64,000 nt of DNA from Planctomycetota bacterium (GCA_016235825.1 JACRIL010000102.1:751-64750), one strand, 5' to 3'; positions 7,756 to 17,286 are shown, numbered from the stretch's first letter. Translations and numbers: made by a program. The notes: generated by a model not told the origin, from the sequence alone.

Positions 7756-9672
7756 ATGTTCGCCTGGAACACGATAACACAGACATTTCGAGGCTCGCGA
7801 TGGCCGGTCATCGCGATGGATATGCTGGTTCTGTGCCTGAGCCTTGCGGCCGGCGCGGTTCTTGTCCTTTACCACGGCTTTCCCGGCCCCAATCCGCCGG
7901 TGGACCGCGACATGTTGGAATGGGCCGGCGGGATCATCGTGTTTTTCTACGTCGCCGACCGCATGGGCCGGCTGGCGATGGCCAGGCGAAGAAGGGAATA
8001 TTTCCGCGAGAACTGGGCCGATTACGCCCTGATTGCCCTTGCGGCGCTGGTGCTGATGATCGGCTGGCGTTTTTACGGCAACATCATATCGGCCGGCGCG
8101 CTCTACCTTATAATAACCCAGGCCTACATGCTGATCTCACTGATTCTTCAGGCCCTGAGCGTCAACCTTCGCGTCGCCGGCAAGATATCCAGTCCGATTC
8201 TGCTGCTGTTCGCCAGTTTCGCCGCCCTCTGCTTTGCCGGCGCGGGCCTGCTGATGCTTCCGGCCTCCATCGCGGGCAACTACGCGACGTGGCATTTCCC
8301 GGAGGCGCTTTTCACCGCAGTCAGCGCCGCCTGCGTAACCGGCCTGACTGTCACGGAAACCGGCAGCCGGTTCACGCCGTTCGGACAGGCGGTAATACTG
8401 ATACTCATCCAGTTGGGCGGGCTGGGCATAATGCTGTTCGGCACGATACTGGCGATGCTGGCGGGCAAGCGCATGTCGCTTCGCGGGGCCGACAACCTCA
8501 ACCAGATGCTCGGAGCCGAAGGCGTGGGACAGGTCGCGCGGGTGGGCGCGTTCATCATTGGGGTTACGCTGGCCATCGAGGCCGTCGGGGCGGTGCTGAT
8601 GTATCCGATGTTCGCCGCCCCGCAGGGCGCGCCCGGAATGGAACAGACCCCCGGTCCGGCACGGGCCGCCTGGGACAGCATATTCCACAGCGTCTCGGCC
8701 TTCTGCAACGCCGGATTCAGCACTTACGACGACGGCATCATGACCGGGGCCAGGGGCAGCCGCGTCGTCTGGTCGGAGGCCCTGCGGGATCACTGGCAGG
8801 TGCTGGGCGTGCTGGCCCCGCTGATCGTCCTGGGCGGGCTGGGGTTCCCGGTCCTTCAGGACGTCGGCAGATACTTCAAATCGCTCGCGTCCCGCTGTAT
8901 TCACTCGCTGAGGACAAAGACGGTCGGCAACAGCGCCGATCTGAGCCGGCCGGGCCTGTCGCTCCACTCGAACCTGGCGATAATGACCAGCCTGATACTT
9001 ATTGTGCTTGGGGCGGTGGTGTTCATGCTGGTCGAGCCGGGCCGGACCAGGCCGCGAACGTCGGAAGGCAACATGAGGCCCGACCCGCAGACCGCCTGGA
9101 TGCAGATGAGCGGCGGGGAACGGCTTCAGGCCGCGTATTTCCAATCCGTCTCCGCCAGGACCGCCGGTTTCAACACCATCGACTGCTCGGCCCTGTCAAA
9201 CGGCAGCAAGCTGTGGATGTGCTTCCTCATGGTGATCGGGGCCTGTCCGGCCGGCACGGGAGGCGGCATCAAGACCGTAACGTTCGCCATACTGATGCTG
9301 ATGATCTGGTCGGCCCTGAGGGGCAGAAACGAGGTCGAAGCGTACAAGCGGGCGATTCCGCAGGACGCCATCAGGCACGCGACCGTCCTGGGCCTGGTGT
9401 ACCTGCTGACGGCCGGAATTGTAACGATGGTGATGTGCACCATAATGTCAAAGGACAGCCTGATCGATGTTTTGTTCGAGTCGTGCAGCGCGCTGGGCAC
9501 GGTGGGGCTGTCAACCGGGATATCCATGCGGCTGGAGATGGCCGGCGAGTTCGTCCTGACGGCCGCCATGTTCCTCGGACGCATAGGGCCGATGGCCCTG
9601 GTGCTGGCCATTGCCGGACAGGCGGCAAAAGCGAAGTATGAATATCCCTGCCAAAATGTTATCATAGGATGA
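7756..9672 (+). CDS. trkH: Trk/Ktr-type potassium uptake membrane subunit
   Basis: Polytopic membrane protein with selectivity-filter-like repeats ARTAGFNTID, GTGGGIKTVT and GTVGLSTGIS. It is followed 3 nt later by the RCK subunit. Confidence 0.85.
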   Translation: MFAWNTITQTFRGSRWPVIAMDMLVLCLSLAAGAVLVLYHGFPGPNPPVDRDMLEWAGGIIVFFYVADRMGRLAMARRRREYFRENWADYALIALAALVLMIGWRFYGNIISAGALYLIITQAYMLISLILQALSVNLRVAGKISSPILLLFASFAALCFAGAGLLMLPASIAGNYATWHFPEALFTAVSAACVTGLTVTETGSRFTPFGQAVILILIQLGGLGIMLFGTILAMLAGKRMSLRGADNLNQMLGAEGVGQVARVGAFIIGVTLAIEAVGAVLMYPMFAAPQGAPGMEQTPGPARAAWDSIFHSVSAFCNAGFSTYDDGIMTGARGSRVVWSEALRDHWQVLGVLAPLIVLGGLGFPVLQDVGRYFKSLASRCIHSLRTKTVGNSADLSRPGLSLHSNLAIMTSLILIVLGAVVFMLVEPGRTRPRTSEGNMRPDPQTAWMQMSGGERLQAAYFQSVSARTAGFNTIDCSALSNGSKLWMCFLMVIGACPAGTGGGIKTVTFAILMLMIWSALRGRNEVEAYKRAIPQDAIRHATVLGLVYLLTAGIVTMVMCTIMSKDSLIDVLFESCSALGTVGLSTGISMRLEMAGEFVLTAAMFLGRIGPMALVLAIAGQAAKAKYEYPCQNVIIG

Positions 9673-9675
9673 ATT

Positions 9676-10362
9676 ATGGAACGATTCGCAGTCATAGGAT
9701 TGGGCAGATTCGGCTCGCGGCTGGCGGAACTTCTTTCCATGGGCGGCGCGGAAGTGCTCGCCGTCGATAAAGAGCGGCCGCTGGTGGAAGAAGTGCGCGA
9801 CCGCGTTACGCTGGCCATCTGCATGGACAGCACCGACGAGGAGGCCATTCGCGCGCAGGGGATCGACAAGGTCGACGCCGCGATAGTCGGCATAGGCGAT
9901 AATTTCGAGGCCGCCGTGCTGACCACGGTTATCCTCAAGCAACTCGAGGTGCCGAGGATCATCGTCCGCGCCACCACCGACGTCCGGGCCGCCATCCTCC
10001 GCCGGATCGGGGCAGACGACATCGTCAATCCCGAGAACGAGTCGGCCGAACGCTGGCAAAGCAAACTGGCCGCCCCGGGCCTCATAGATCGCAGGGAACT
10101 GGCCGAGGGGTTCAGCCAGGTTCAGATCGCCGCGCCGGAAAGCTTCGTCGGCAAAACGCTCGAACAGCTTGAATTGCGCAAGAAATACCGGGTGAACATC
10201 ACAGCCATAAAAAGGCAGACCGAGGAAACCGGGTCCAAAGGCGCAAAAAAGACCAGAGATACCTTCCTATCCGTGCCGATGCCCGACGTCGTGATTCAAT
10301 CAGGCGATGTGCTGTTTATTATGGGCGCCGACGATGCCATCGCCGCACTGCCGGCGGAATAA
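9676..10362 (+). CDS. trkA: Trk/Ktr system NAD-binding RCK subunit
   Basis: Rossmann motif FAVIGLGRFGSRLAELL plus a C-terminal RCK_C-like region. AGGA SD. Confidence 0.85.
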   Translation: MERFAVIGLGRFGSRLAELLSMGGAEVLAVDKERPLVEEVRDRVTLAICMDSTDEEAIRAQGIDKVDAAIVGIGDNFEAAVLTTVILKQLEVPRIIVRATTDVRAAILRRIGADDIVNPENESAERWQSKLAAPGLIDRRELAEGFSQVQIAAPESFVGKTLEQLELRKKYRVNITAIKRQTEETGSKGAKKTRDTFLSVPMPDVVIQSGDVLFIMGADDAIAALPAE

Positions 10363-10446
10363 AAAAGATTCATCCGACGTTCAAATGTTGCGAGAATTGG
10401 AGGTCACGCTGATATGCTATACCGCGTGCAACAACCGGGGAAGTCA

Positions 10447-11625
10447 ATGTGGCATATCATTCCAATCCTTTTGAGTTTGGGATATTGTCTTACCGGATGT
10501 ACCGAGCCGGGCGATACTACGCCAAAAATGGACCTTCCGGACACGATCTTGGAGGCATGCCGACAGGAAAATCCTGATTTGCTCAAGCCGTATTTTGTCG
10601 GGCCGGAGGATTATGTTTTTCAAACAGAAGACAGTTGGTATGTCCCGCCGTCGACACCTGCGAATTCTGAGAAGGCGGCAGCGATCTGGACGGATGAGGT
10701 ACGAAAGGCAACCCTGCAATCTTTTAAGAAAGTATGCGACGACCTGAAGGATACCGGGATCGACCTAAAAAACGCCCGGATAACGCAGGCCAAAGTATAC
10801 TCTTCAAATGTATTTAATTTTCTTGCCGACTACAGCAAGGCGTTTCTTATAGGCGATATTTCTTGCGAGTTGGGCAACCCTCCATTCAAACGCTTTGTCG
10901 CGACTTTTGATGATTGGCTTGTAACTGAATTAAAACAGAATGATAAAGCCGCCTCGATATTCTGGATGGTTCGCAAGACGCCGCGCGGCCCCAGGCTTCT
11001 GGGTGGCGTATATCATTATTTCAACGGCCCAATTGATCGAGGCTTCGTTATGGGGACGACGATAGAGGAATATGGGAAAATAGGGTGGTATGGTTTACAG
11101 GAAGATTATCTCGGAATAGCCAGGATGATCGCTCAACGTGGAATTCCGATGGGGTTTTTCAGGATTGTCCAGCAGACCGGAGTGATCGATTGGGCCGAAA
11201 CTGAGCTGTCATATATTGTTTTGGAATTCCCCCAATCTTTACATGATGACCGCATCGACTCAATCTGGATTGAGGCAGGATACGTTGATGGCCGGATCGA
11301 ATTGACGGAAACGGGGCCGGGTACCCTTGTCTTCCAGGGAAGCCAAATGTTGCTGGATCTGGATATGGAATTCAAAGTGTCCATTACGCTCGATATAAAA
11401 AAAGAAGATGCCGAGAAGCCGCTGAATCAATTCTCGTCTATTCAGGCAAAAGACCGTTACAACCTCCGCAACTTCAAAAAGATATGCGATTCGCCGTTAA
11501 AATTCCGATCCCCTTCAAGAGAGTATATAAGTTATGGCAAGAAGGGAGGAATCATTTTTATCGACGAAAAAGCTTATAGCGTGGAGCTGGATGGCATGAT
11601 TTACAAGCGGGAAGACAAAGAATGA
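10447..11625 (+). CDS. hypothetical lipoprotein (low-GC island)
   Basis: Signal plus lipobox MWHIIPILLSLGYCLTGC. I recognise no family. Base composition is clearly AT-richer than the flanks. Confidence 0.5.
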   Translation: MWHIIPILLSLGYCLTGCTEPGDTTPKMDLPDTILEACRQENPDLLKPYFVGPEDYVFQTEDSWYVPPSTPANSEKAAAIWTDEVRKATLQSFKKVCDDLKDTGIDLKNARITQAKVYSSNVFNFLADYSKAFLIGDISCELGNPPFKRFVATFDDWLVTELKQNDKAASIFWMVRKTPRGPRLLGGVYHYFNGPIDRGFVMGTTIEEYGKIGWYGLQEDYLGIARMIAQRGIPMGFFRIVQQTGVIDWAETELSYIVLEFPQSLHDDRIDSIWIEAGYVDGRIELTETGPGTLVFQGSQMLLDLDMEFKVSITLDIKKEDAEKPLNQFSSIQAKDRYNLRNFKKICDSPLKFRSPSREYISYGKKGGIIFIDEKAYSVELDGMIYKREDKE

Positions 11626-11677
11626 GCTTTGCGGTTCTCGCCTAAAAAATATTTGATTGGGTATAGATCAGATTCTA

Positions 11678-11908
11678 CAGGGCGTTTGAAAGTAGCACGG
11701 CCCCTGAGCGAAGCAGAACGGGGGAATGGTTGCACCAGGTTCTGAGTTCTTTGCGGATTCAGCGTAACCATGTTTAAGGCCCGCAGGGCCGGCAGATAGT
11801 AGCCCCGGGTGCAGCGAGTCCGCCGTCAGGCGGACGAAGCGCAACCCGGGGTATGATGGCCATTAAATGGATGCCTGAATATTCGCTCGCGACACGGCAG
11901 AAGAACCT
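11678..11908 (+). repeat. two tandem family-1 repeat units (11678-11765 and 11774-11908)
   Basis: The first unit aligns with 4085-4190. The second aligns over ~135 nt with 27911-28050 and contains the long hairpin CCCCGGGTGCAGCGAGTCCGCC-GTCA-GGCGGACGAAGCGCAACCCGGGG. Confidence 0.8.
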
Positions 11909-12273
11909 GTATCAAGAAACACCCAGCCAATGATTTTGGTCGGGGCATTTACCCATTAGGGTGGTAAACCATACTCGGTCAAGACTTGTCCGGCGAAGTC
12001 AGGTTAAGGTGTTATTTTTCTCTACAATCGACTAATTTTTCATCGAAAGATATTGGCCTGTGCGTTCCGGGATTTGGGATCATCTGCCGTGGCGTGATCG
12101 CACCTTTTGAAATGCTCTGAACGGCGACTATTCCCCGGGTTCCGCTGGGGCAACTGACCTGGCCGCCGCATCGCCATATCGGATGCCTCCGGGATGATTC
12201 GATCTTGCCAAGAGGGAAAAATGCGGGTAAAGACAATAGTTGAGCGGTTTTTCCGCATGACTGGAGCATACAG

Positions 12274-12636
12274 ATGCCGAAGATCGAGACATTCTCCAAC
12301 CCGCGTCCCCAAAGGGACTACATTATCAGGCACGTGGCGCCCGAGTTCACGTCGGTCTGCCCCAAGACCGGCCAGCCGGATTTCGGCACGATCGAGATCG
12401 AATACGTGGCCGGCCGGCTCTGCATGGAACTCAAGAGCCTCAAGTTGTACCTTCAGGGCTACCGCGGCGTCGGGGCTTTTTACGAGGACGTGGTCAACCG
12501 CATACTCGACGATCTTGCGGCGGCGTGCCGCCCGCGGTGGATGACCGTGATAGGCAAATTCGCGCCGCGGGGCGGGATGCACTCGATCATAACGGCCTCG
12601 TACTCGCCTGCCCGCCGGGCCAGGTCAAGGAAATAG
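12274..12636 (+). CDS. queF: NADPH-dependent 7-cyano-7-deazaguanine (preQ0) reductase
   Basis: [21 protein letters not shown] (catalytic Cys) and ELKSLKLYL motifs. Unimodular size of 120 aa. GGAG SD. Confidence 0.9.
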   Translation: MPKIETFSNPRPQRDYIIRHVAPEFTSVCPKTGQPDFGTIEIEYVAGRLCMELKSLKLYLQGYRGVGAFYEDVVNRILDDLAAACRPRWMTVIGKFAPRGGMHSIITASYSPARRARSRK

Positions 12637-12639
12637 GCC

Positions 12640-13782
12640 GTGCCGGTCCGACAAAGGCATCTGGTCCGTCTGCTCCTGCTGCCGGCGGCGTGTTTGATGG
12701 CCGGCGCCATCTTCAATCTCAACTGCCGGAAATCCGCCAGCAATGAAGTTCCGTCCAAAACCGCCGATTCCGCCGCCGCGACCAGACCTGACGGCGAACC
12801 GGTCCGCCTGTCCGCCCTGATCGAGCGGGTCATGGGATGCGACTGCCGGCTGACCGTGTATCTGCCGGCGGGCCAGGAAGGCCGGTTCGACGGGCTGGTT
12901 TCCGACGCGGCCGGGCAGTTGCAGAAGCTCGAGGGCCTGATGAGCATCTATCGCCCGCAGTCGGAGATTTCGGTCTTTAACGCGGCCCCCGCCGGCCGCG
13001 AGACGCCCTTTTCCGAGCCTGTCATGGCGATCATGCTCGCCAGCCGGAAATTCCACGAACAATCCGGCGGCACGTTCGACGTAACGTGCCTGCCGATCAT
13101 CGCCGCATGGCGCCAGGCCGGCAAGGCGGGCCAACTGCCCGACCGCGGCAAACTCGACGGCGCCGTCGCGCTGGCCGGCTGGAAAAAGATCACGCTCACC
13201 GAGCGCGGGGCGGTCAAGCTCGACGACCGGGCCGGCGTGGACCTGGGCGGGATAGCCAAAGGCTACGCGGTGGATCGCCTTGCCGAGTCGCTGATAAAGG
13301 CCGGCGTGCCGGCGGGCATGGTCGATCTGGGCGGCAGCAGCATACGATGTTTCGGCCGGCGGAGCGACGGCGCAAAATGGCGGATCGGGGTGCGAAATCC
13401 GTTCAATCCGCGCGGCGAACTGATGGGCGTGCTGGAAATTCAGGAAGGTTCGCTGAGCGTCAGCGGGAATTACGAGAAATTCATCGAGATCGCCGGCAAA
13501 CGGTACAGCCACATCGTCGATCCGCGAACGGGCGAAACTGCCGACAGGACGCCAAGCGCCGTCGTCGTCGCGCCCGACGCCATGACGGCCGAGGCCTGGT
13601 CCAAGCCGCTGAGCATTTTGGGCAAGGAAGGTTTCAAACTCATCCCGGCCGGCAGCGGCATCGAGGCGATGATCGTCGTCGGCGGGCCGGACAAACACGA
13701 AATCCTGTCAACGCCCGGCTTTGACCGGTTCATGTCCGTTGCGACCCGGCCGGAGACCGCCCCGGCCTCCCCGGAAAAATAA
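12640..13782 (+). CDS. apbE: FAD:protein FMN transferase (ApbE family lipoprotein)
   Basis: GGTFDVT, DLGGIAKGYAVDRL, SVSGNYEKF and YSHIVDPRTGE motifs, with an N-terminal signal. Confidence 0.85.
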   Translation: MPVRQRHLVRLLLLPAACLMAGAIFNLNCRKSASNEVPSKTADSAAATRPDGEPVRLSALIERVMGCDCRLTVYLPAGQEGRFDGLVSDAAGQLQKLEGLMSIYRPQSEISVFNAAPAGRETPFSEPVMAIMLASRKFHEQSGGTFDVTCLPIIAAWRQAGKAGQLPDRGKLDGAVALAGWKKITLTERGAVKLDDRAGVDLGGIAKGYAVDRLAESLIKAGVPAGMVDLGGSSIRCFGRRSDGAKWRIGVRNPFNPRGELMGVLEIQEGSLSVSGNYEKFIEIAGKRYSHIVDPRTGETADRTPSAVVVAPDAMTAEAWSKPLSILGKEGFKLIPAGSGIEAMIVVGGPDKHEILSTPGFDRFMSVATRPETAPASPEK

Positions 13783-13835
13783 GCCCGGACAGGGCGGCAC
13801 ATTTTACAACCCGTCGAAAAAATTCTTCGTCCCTC

Positions 13836-13864
13836 TTGGCAGGCGGCCGGCTGCGGCGTAGAAT
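13836..13864 (+). promoter_or_regulatory. sigma70-like promoter TTGGCA-17 nt-TAGAAT
   Basis: TTGGCA at 13836-13841, a 17-nt spacer and TAGAAT at 13859-13864. It lies 54 nt after the apbE stop. Confidence 0.5.
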
Positions 13865-13870
13865 ACAATA

Positions 13871-14087
13871 CGCTTCAGGGTTTCTGCCGTGTCCGACAGG
13901 CGGTTAGATTGAAAGGCCGATACGCCCGTTTCGGGAGGCAAGCGCGTGTTGCTCCGGCGACAGCCAGCCGCCCACTTGAAATAACGGGTCTTTCAAGCAG
14001 CCGCCACCGGCACAAAGGCGGACGCCCGGGCAATTTGGACGATGCACCTCTGTGCATCAGCCCACGGCTTGCCGTGGGCTTTTTTTT
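13871..14087 (+). ncRNA. candidate ~220-nt structured small RNA (family unassigned), or a terminated leader upstream of prfB
   Basis: Bounded by the promoter above and a strong intrinsic terminator. Long-range pairing 13899-13918 / 13986-14005 (GGCGG..TTGAAAGGCC with GGGTCTTTCAA..CCGCC). Internal hairpins CCCG-TTT-CGGG and GATGCAC-CTCT-GTGCATC. No convincing ORF. Confidence 0.45.
14059..14087 (+). terminator. Rho-independent terminator
   Basis: AGCCCACG-GCTTGC-CGTGGGCT followed by an eight-T run. Confidence 0.8.
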
Positions 14088-14190
14088 CGCCTGGCTGTCG
14101 GAAACGGCAAACTCATTTGTGCGAAAACAGTTCTTGTGTTGCGGCCGGGGCGGGCTGTGGATATCATTCCCCGCCAAAGGGACATGAAAA

Positions 14191-15304
14191 ATGGCAGAAG
14201 CGTCGGCAGTCAAACAGGACATCGAAAACCTCAGCGCCCGGATCATCGCGACCCGGGACTCTCTTTGACCTGCCCGGCAAGCAAAAACGCCTGGGGGCCC
14301 TGGAAGAGCAGATGTCCGGGGCGAATTTCTGGTCGAACCAGGAATCGGCCCAGAAGGTCGTGGCGGAACTCAAGGCTCTCAAGGGCGTTCTGAGTCCGAT
14401 AGCCGACCTGACCCGCCGCATGGACGACCTGAAGGTTCTGCACGAGCTGGCCGTCGAGGCCGCCAGCGACCAGGACCTGCAGGACGCCGCTCGCGAGGCC
14501 GGTGAACTGGCGGCCGAACTCGACCGCATCGAACTGAAAACCATGCTCTCCGGGCCGCACGACGCCGGCGGATGCTTTTTCTCCATCCACGCCGGGGCTG
14601 GCGGGACCGAAAGCTGCGACTGGGCCTCGATGCTCTTTCGGATGTACCTGCGATTCTTCGAGCGGGCGGGCTTTTCCGTCGAGGAGGTGGACCGCGTCGA
14701 CGGCGAGGAGGCCGGCATCCGCTCGACAACCCTCCGCGTAACCGGCCCATATGCTTATGGATATCTTTCATGCGAGCGCGGCGTGCACCGGCTGGTCCGC
14801 ATCAGCCCCTTTAATGCGCAGGGCAAGAGGCAGACCAGTTTCGCATCGGTCGACGTGCTGCCGGAACTGGCCGATGTGGAAATCCAGATCGACTGGCAAA
14901 ATGATGTGCGCGAGGACACCTACTGCGCCAGCGGGGCCGGCGGCCAGCACGTCAACAAAACGGCCAGCGCCGTGCGGCTGGTGCACACCCCGACGGGCAT
15001 CGTCGCGGCCTGCCAGAACGAGCGGAGCCAGCACAAGAACCGCGCCACCGCCCGCAGCATGCTGATGGCCAAGCTCTTCCAGCGCGAACAGGCCAAACGC
15101 GACGCCGATCTGGCCAAACTCTACGGAGACAAGGGCGAGATCGCCTTCGGCTACCAGATCCGGTCATATGTGCTGTACCCATACCAGCTCGTCCGCGACG
15201 AGCGTACCGATCTGAAAAGCCCACGAACCGACAAGATACTCGACGGCGACATCCAGGAATTCATCGACGCCTACCTGCGCCACCGCCTGACGGCCAAAAA
15301 ATAA
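14191..15304 (+). CDS. prfB: peptide chain release factor 2, join(14191..14265,14267..15304), programmed +1 frameshift
   Basis: ORF0 MAEASAVKQDIENLSARIIATRDSL ends at CTT TGA C (TGA at 14266-14268). The +1 frame continues DLPGKQKRLGALEEQMS... It has the SPF tripeptide (RISPFNAQGKRQTSF) and GGQ (SGAGGQHVNKT). Confidence 0.9.
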
Positions 15305-15330
15305 TTCCTCATCGAAGCAGCTTCACAGTC

Positions 15331-15493
15331 GGTGGCACCCTCAAGCGAAACGAAGTGAAGCTTGGGGGTGGAGTTTTTGAAGGCATCAATAAAAATAACC
15401 AGCACCCCCAAACTCCGCTTCCGGCTTTGCCCCTGCTTCGCTGAAGCTTCGCAGGGCTGCGCCGGACAAGCCGCTTCGTTTGAGGGTGCCACC
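15331..15493 (+). mobile_element. MITE-like element with ~20-25-bp terminal inverted repeats, copy 1
   Basis: GGTGGCACCCTCAAGCGAAACGAAG ... CTTCGTTTGAGGGTGCCACC. It has internal nested palindromes. A second copy lies at 28119-28258 in reverse orientation. Confidence 0.6.
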
Positions 15494-15535
15494 GGATTTG
15501 CGGGCATTGGAAAATTATCTATCGACGGGAGCGTC

Positions 15536-16579
15536 TCATGGATACAGGACGGCCTTGATTGCCTGGCGGGTTTCGAGTGCGTCGAAGGCCTTGTCCCACT
15601 GGGCAAGGGGCAGCCGGTGCGTGATGATCTTTTCCAGGCCCGCGTGCTGGCGCTGCAGTATCTTAAGAGTCCTCAGCCAGGACGAGCGGCTGGAGGTGCA
15701 GGAAAAGATTATTCGCAGCGCGCTGAGCACGCCGGTGTTGAAGTCAAACGGGATGGTCCGGCCGGGCGCGATCCCCAACGCCACGAATCTGCCGTCCTTG
15801 CGGAGCAGGCTTAGCCCCTTGTTTATCGCATCGGGCGAGCCGGAGCAGTCCACCACGCAGTCAGCCTTTCGTCGACCGGCAATGCGCTCCAGCGCCGCCG
15901 ACAGGTCGTCCTCCGGCGTCGCCACGGCTGACGCGCCCAGTTCCGCGGCCAGGTCCAGCCTCCGCCTTCCCCTGCCGGTCGGGGCCACGCACAGAATGTT
16001 CTTCACGCCGGAATCCTTCATCGCAACCAGCGTGAGCAGACCGATGGATCCCATGCCAAACACGACGACGGCGTCATCTGGCGCGATTGCGCCGCGTTCC
16101 AGGCATCCGTAAACGCAGACCGCGATCGGCTCTGCCAGCGCGGCAACTTCAAGACTCACGCCGTCGGGTATTTTGTGAAGCAGGTCGGATGCGACAACAA
16201 TTGACTCGGCATAGACGCCTTGCGAGGCCCATCCCGGCGGCCGCTTGGATGGGCAAAATTCATAATGACCGCTGCGGCACATCTCGCACCGGCCGCACTT
16301 TCCGACGGCCAGCTCGCACACCACGCGATCTCCGCGCGCAAACCCCTGAACGGCCCGACCAACTTCCTCAACGACGCCGCTGAATTCGTGCCCGACCACG
16401 TTCCCGTCGGGCATCTGCATCGCCCCGTGCAGGACGTGCACGTCGGAGGCGCATACGCCGACCGCCGTTATCCGGATCTTGACGTCACCAGGATTTTGCA
16501 GTTGAGGTTCCGCGAAATCTTCCAACCGGAAAAAGGCCTTGCCGTCTCGCGTGTGTTTTACGACCGCCTTCACCGCCAC
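15536..16579 (-). CDS. zinc-dependent alcohol/polyol dehydrogenase (MDR family)
   Basis: GVCASDVHVLHG, GHEFSGVV and the structural-Zn motif CGRCEMCRSGHYEFC. The GTG start overlaps the upstream SDR stop (GTGGCGGTGA). The longer 496-aa ORF is an artefactual extension. Confidence 0.8.
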   Translation of the reverse strand: MAVKAVVKHTRDGKAFFRLEDFAEPQLQNPGDVKIRITAVGVCASDVHVLHGAMQMPDGNVVGHEFSGVVEEVGRAVQGFARGDRVVCELAVGKCGRCEMCRSGHYEFCPSKRPPGWASQGVYAESIVVASDLLHKIPDGVSLEVAALAEPIAVCVYGCLERGAIAPDDAVVVFGMGSIGLLTLVAMKDSGVKNILCVAPTGRGRRRLDLAAELGASAVATPEDDLSAALERIAGRRKADCVVDCSGSPDAINKGLSLLRKDGRFVALGIAPGRTIPFDFNTGVLSALRIIFSCTSSRSSWLRTLKILQRQHAGLEKIITHRLPLAQWDKAFDALETRQAIKAVLYP

Positions 16580-17286
16580 TCCTCGAACATGGCGGGCATC
16601 GCCAGCAGTTGAACGTGGCCATTGGGCGGGGCGGCCAGCATGAACAGCACGGCCCTGGCCACGTCGCGCGGGTCCAGCATCTCGTCGATATTCGGCGAGC
16701 CGGCCGCTTCGTGCAGCGGCGTCCTCGTCGAGCCGGGACACAGGCAGCCGACCCGGATGCCGTGCGGCTTTAGTTCCAGGTGCAGGTTCCGCGACAGGCC
16801 GACGATCGCCCACTTGCTGGAGGCGTAGGCCGAGGCGTCGGGCATGCCCGACTTGAGGGCCGACATAGACGCCACGTTCACGATAATTCCGGCCTTGCGC
16901 TCGATCATATGGCGAGCGACCGCCTGGATCGCCAGGAAAGTGCCCTTCACGTTGACATCGTAGATCAGGTCCCAGAATTCCTCGCTCATGGCCATCAGAC
17001 CGCACCAGCGCGACGCGCCCGCGCAATTCACCAGACCGTCAATCTTTCCTGCCCGGCGGGCAAAGGCGTCCGCCGCCTCCCGGACGGCCCGGCCGTCGCG
17101 GATATCGCCGCAATAGCAGAAAAAGCCCGGCCCCATCCGGTCGAGCTGCCCGCGATCATTGGAAAACACGCCGACCGTCGCGCCGCACTCGCGGAGCATC
17201 GTGCTGACGGCCAGGCCGATGCCGCTGCTGCCGCCGGTTACCAGCACAGCCTTGCCTGCAAGTTTTTCTTTGAACATGCGAGTCAA
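16570..17286 (-). CDS. SDR family oxidoreductase
   Basis: VLVTGGSSGIGLA (TGxxxGxG) and YASSKWAIVGL (YxxxK). Confidence 0.8.
   Translation of the reverse strand: MTRMFKEKLAGKAVLVTGGSSGIGLAVSTMLRECGATVGVFSNDRGQLDRMGPGFFCYCGDIRDGRAVREAADAFARRAGKIDGLVNCAGASRWCGLMAMSEEFWDLIYDVNVKGTFLAIQAVARHMIERKAGIIVNVASMSALKSGMPDASAYASSKWAIVGLSRNLHLELKPHGIRVGCLCPGSTRTPLHEAAGSPNIDEMLDPRDVARAVLFMLAAPPNGHVQLLAMPAMFEEWR

Noticed and set aside
12012-12273. A preQ1 riboswitch upstream of queF.
   Set aside because: I looked for the class I core, a short P1 hairpin followed by an ACCC...AAAAAACUA tail. I also looked for class II/III features. I found only an unrelated ATGCGG...CCGCAT hairpin. An Rfam scan would be needed to be definitive.
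14042-14190. The N-terminal 50 residues of ORF 14042..15304 as part of RF2.
   Set aside because: This stretch overlaps the intrinsic terminator and has no RF2 similarity. The true N-terminus is the 25-codon ORF0 at 14191..14265, joined by the +1 frameshift.
15536-17026. The 496-aa ORF spanning both the ADH and the SDR gene regions.
   Set aside because: The first ~150 residues are out-of-frame overlap with the well-supported SDR gene. The ADH homology begins at VAVKAVVKH, with a GTG start overlapping the SDR stop.
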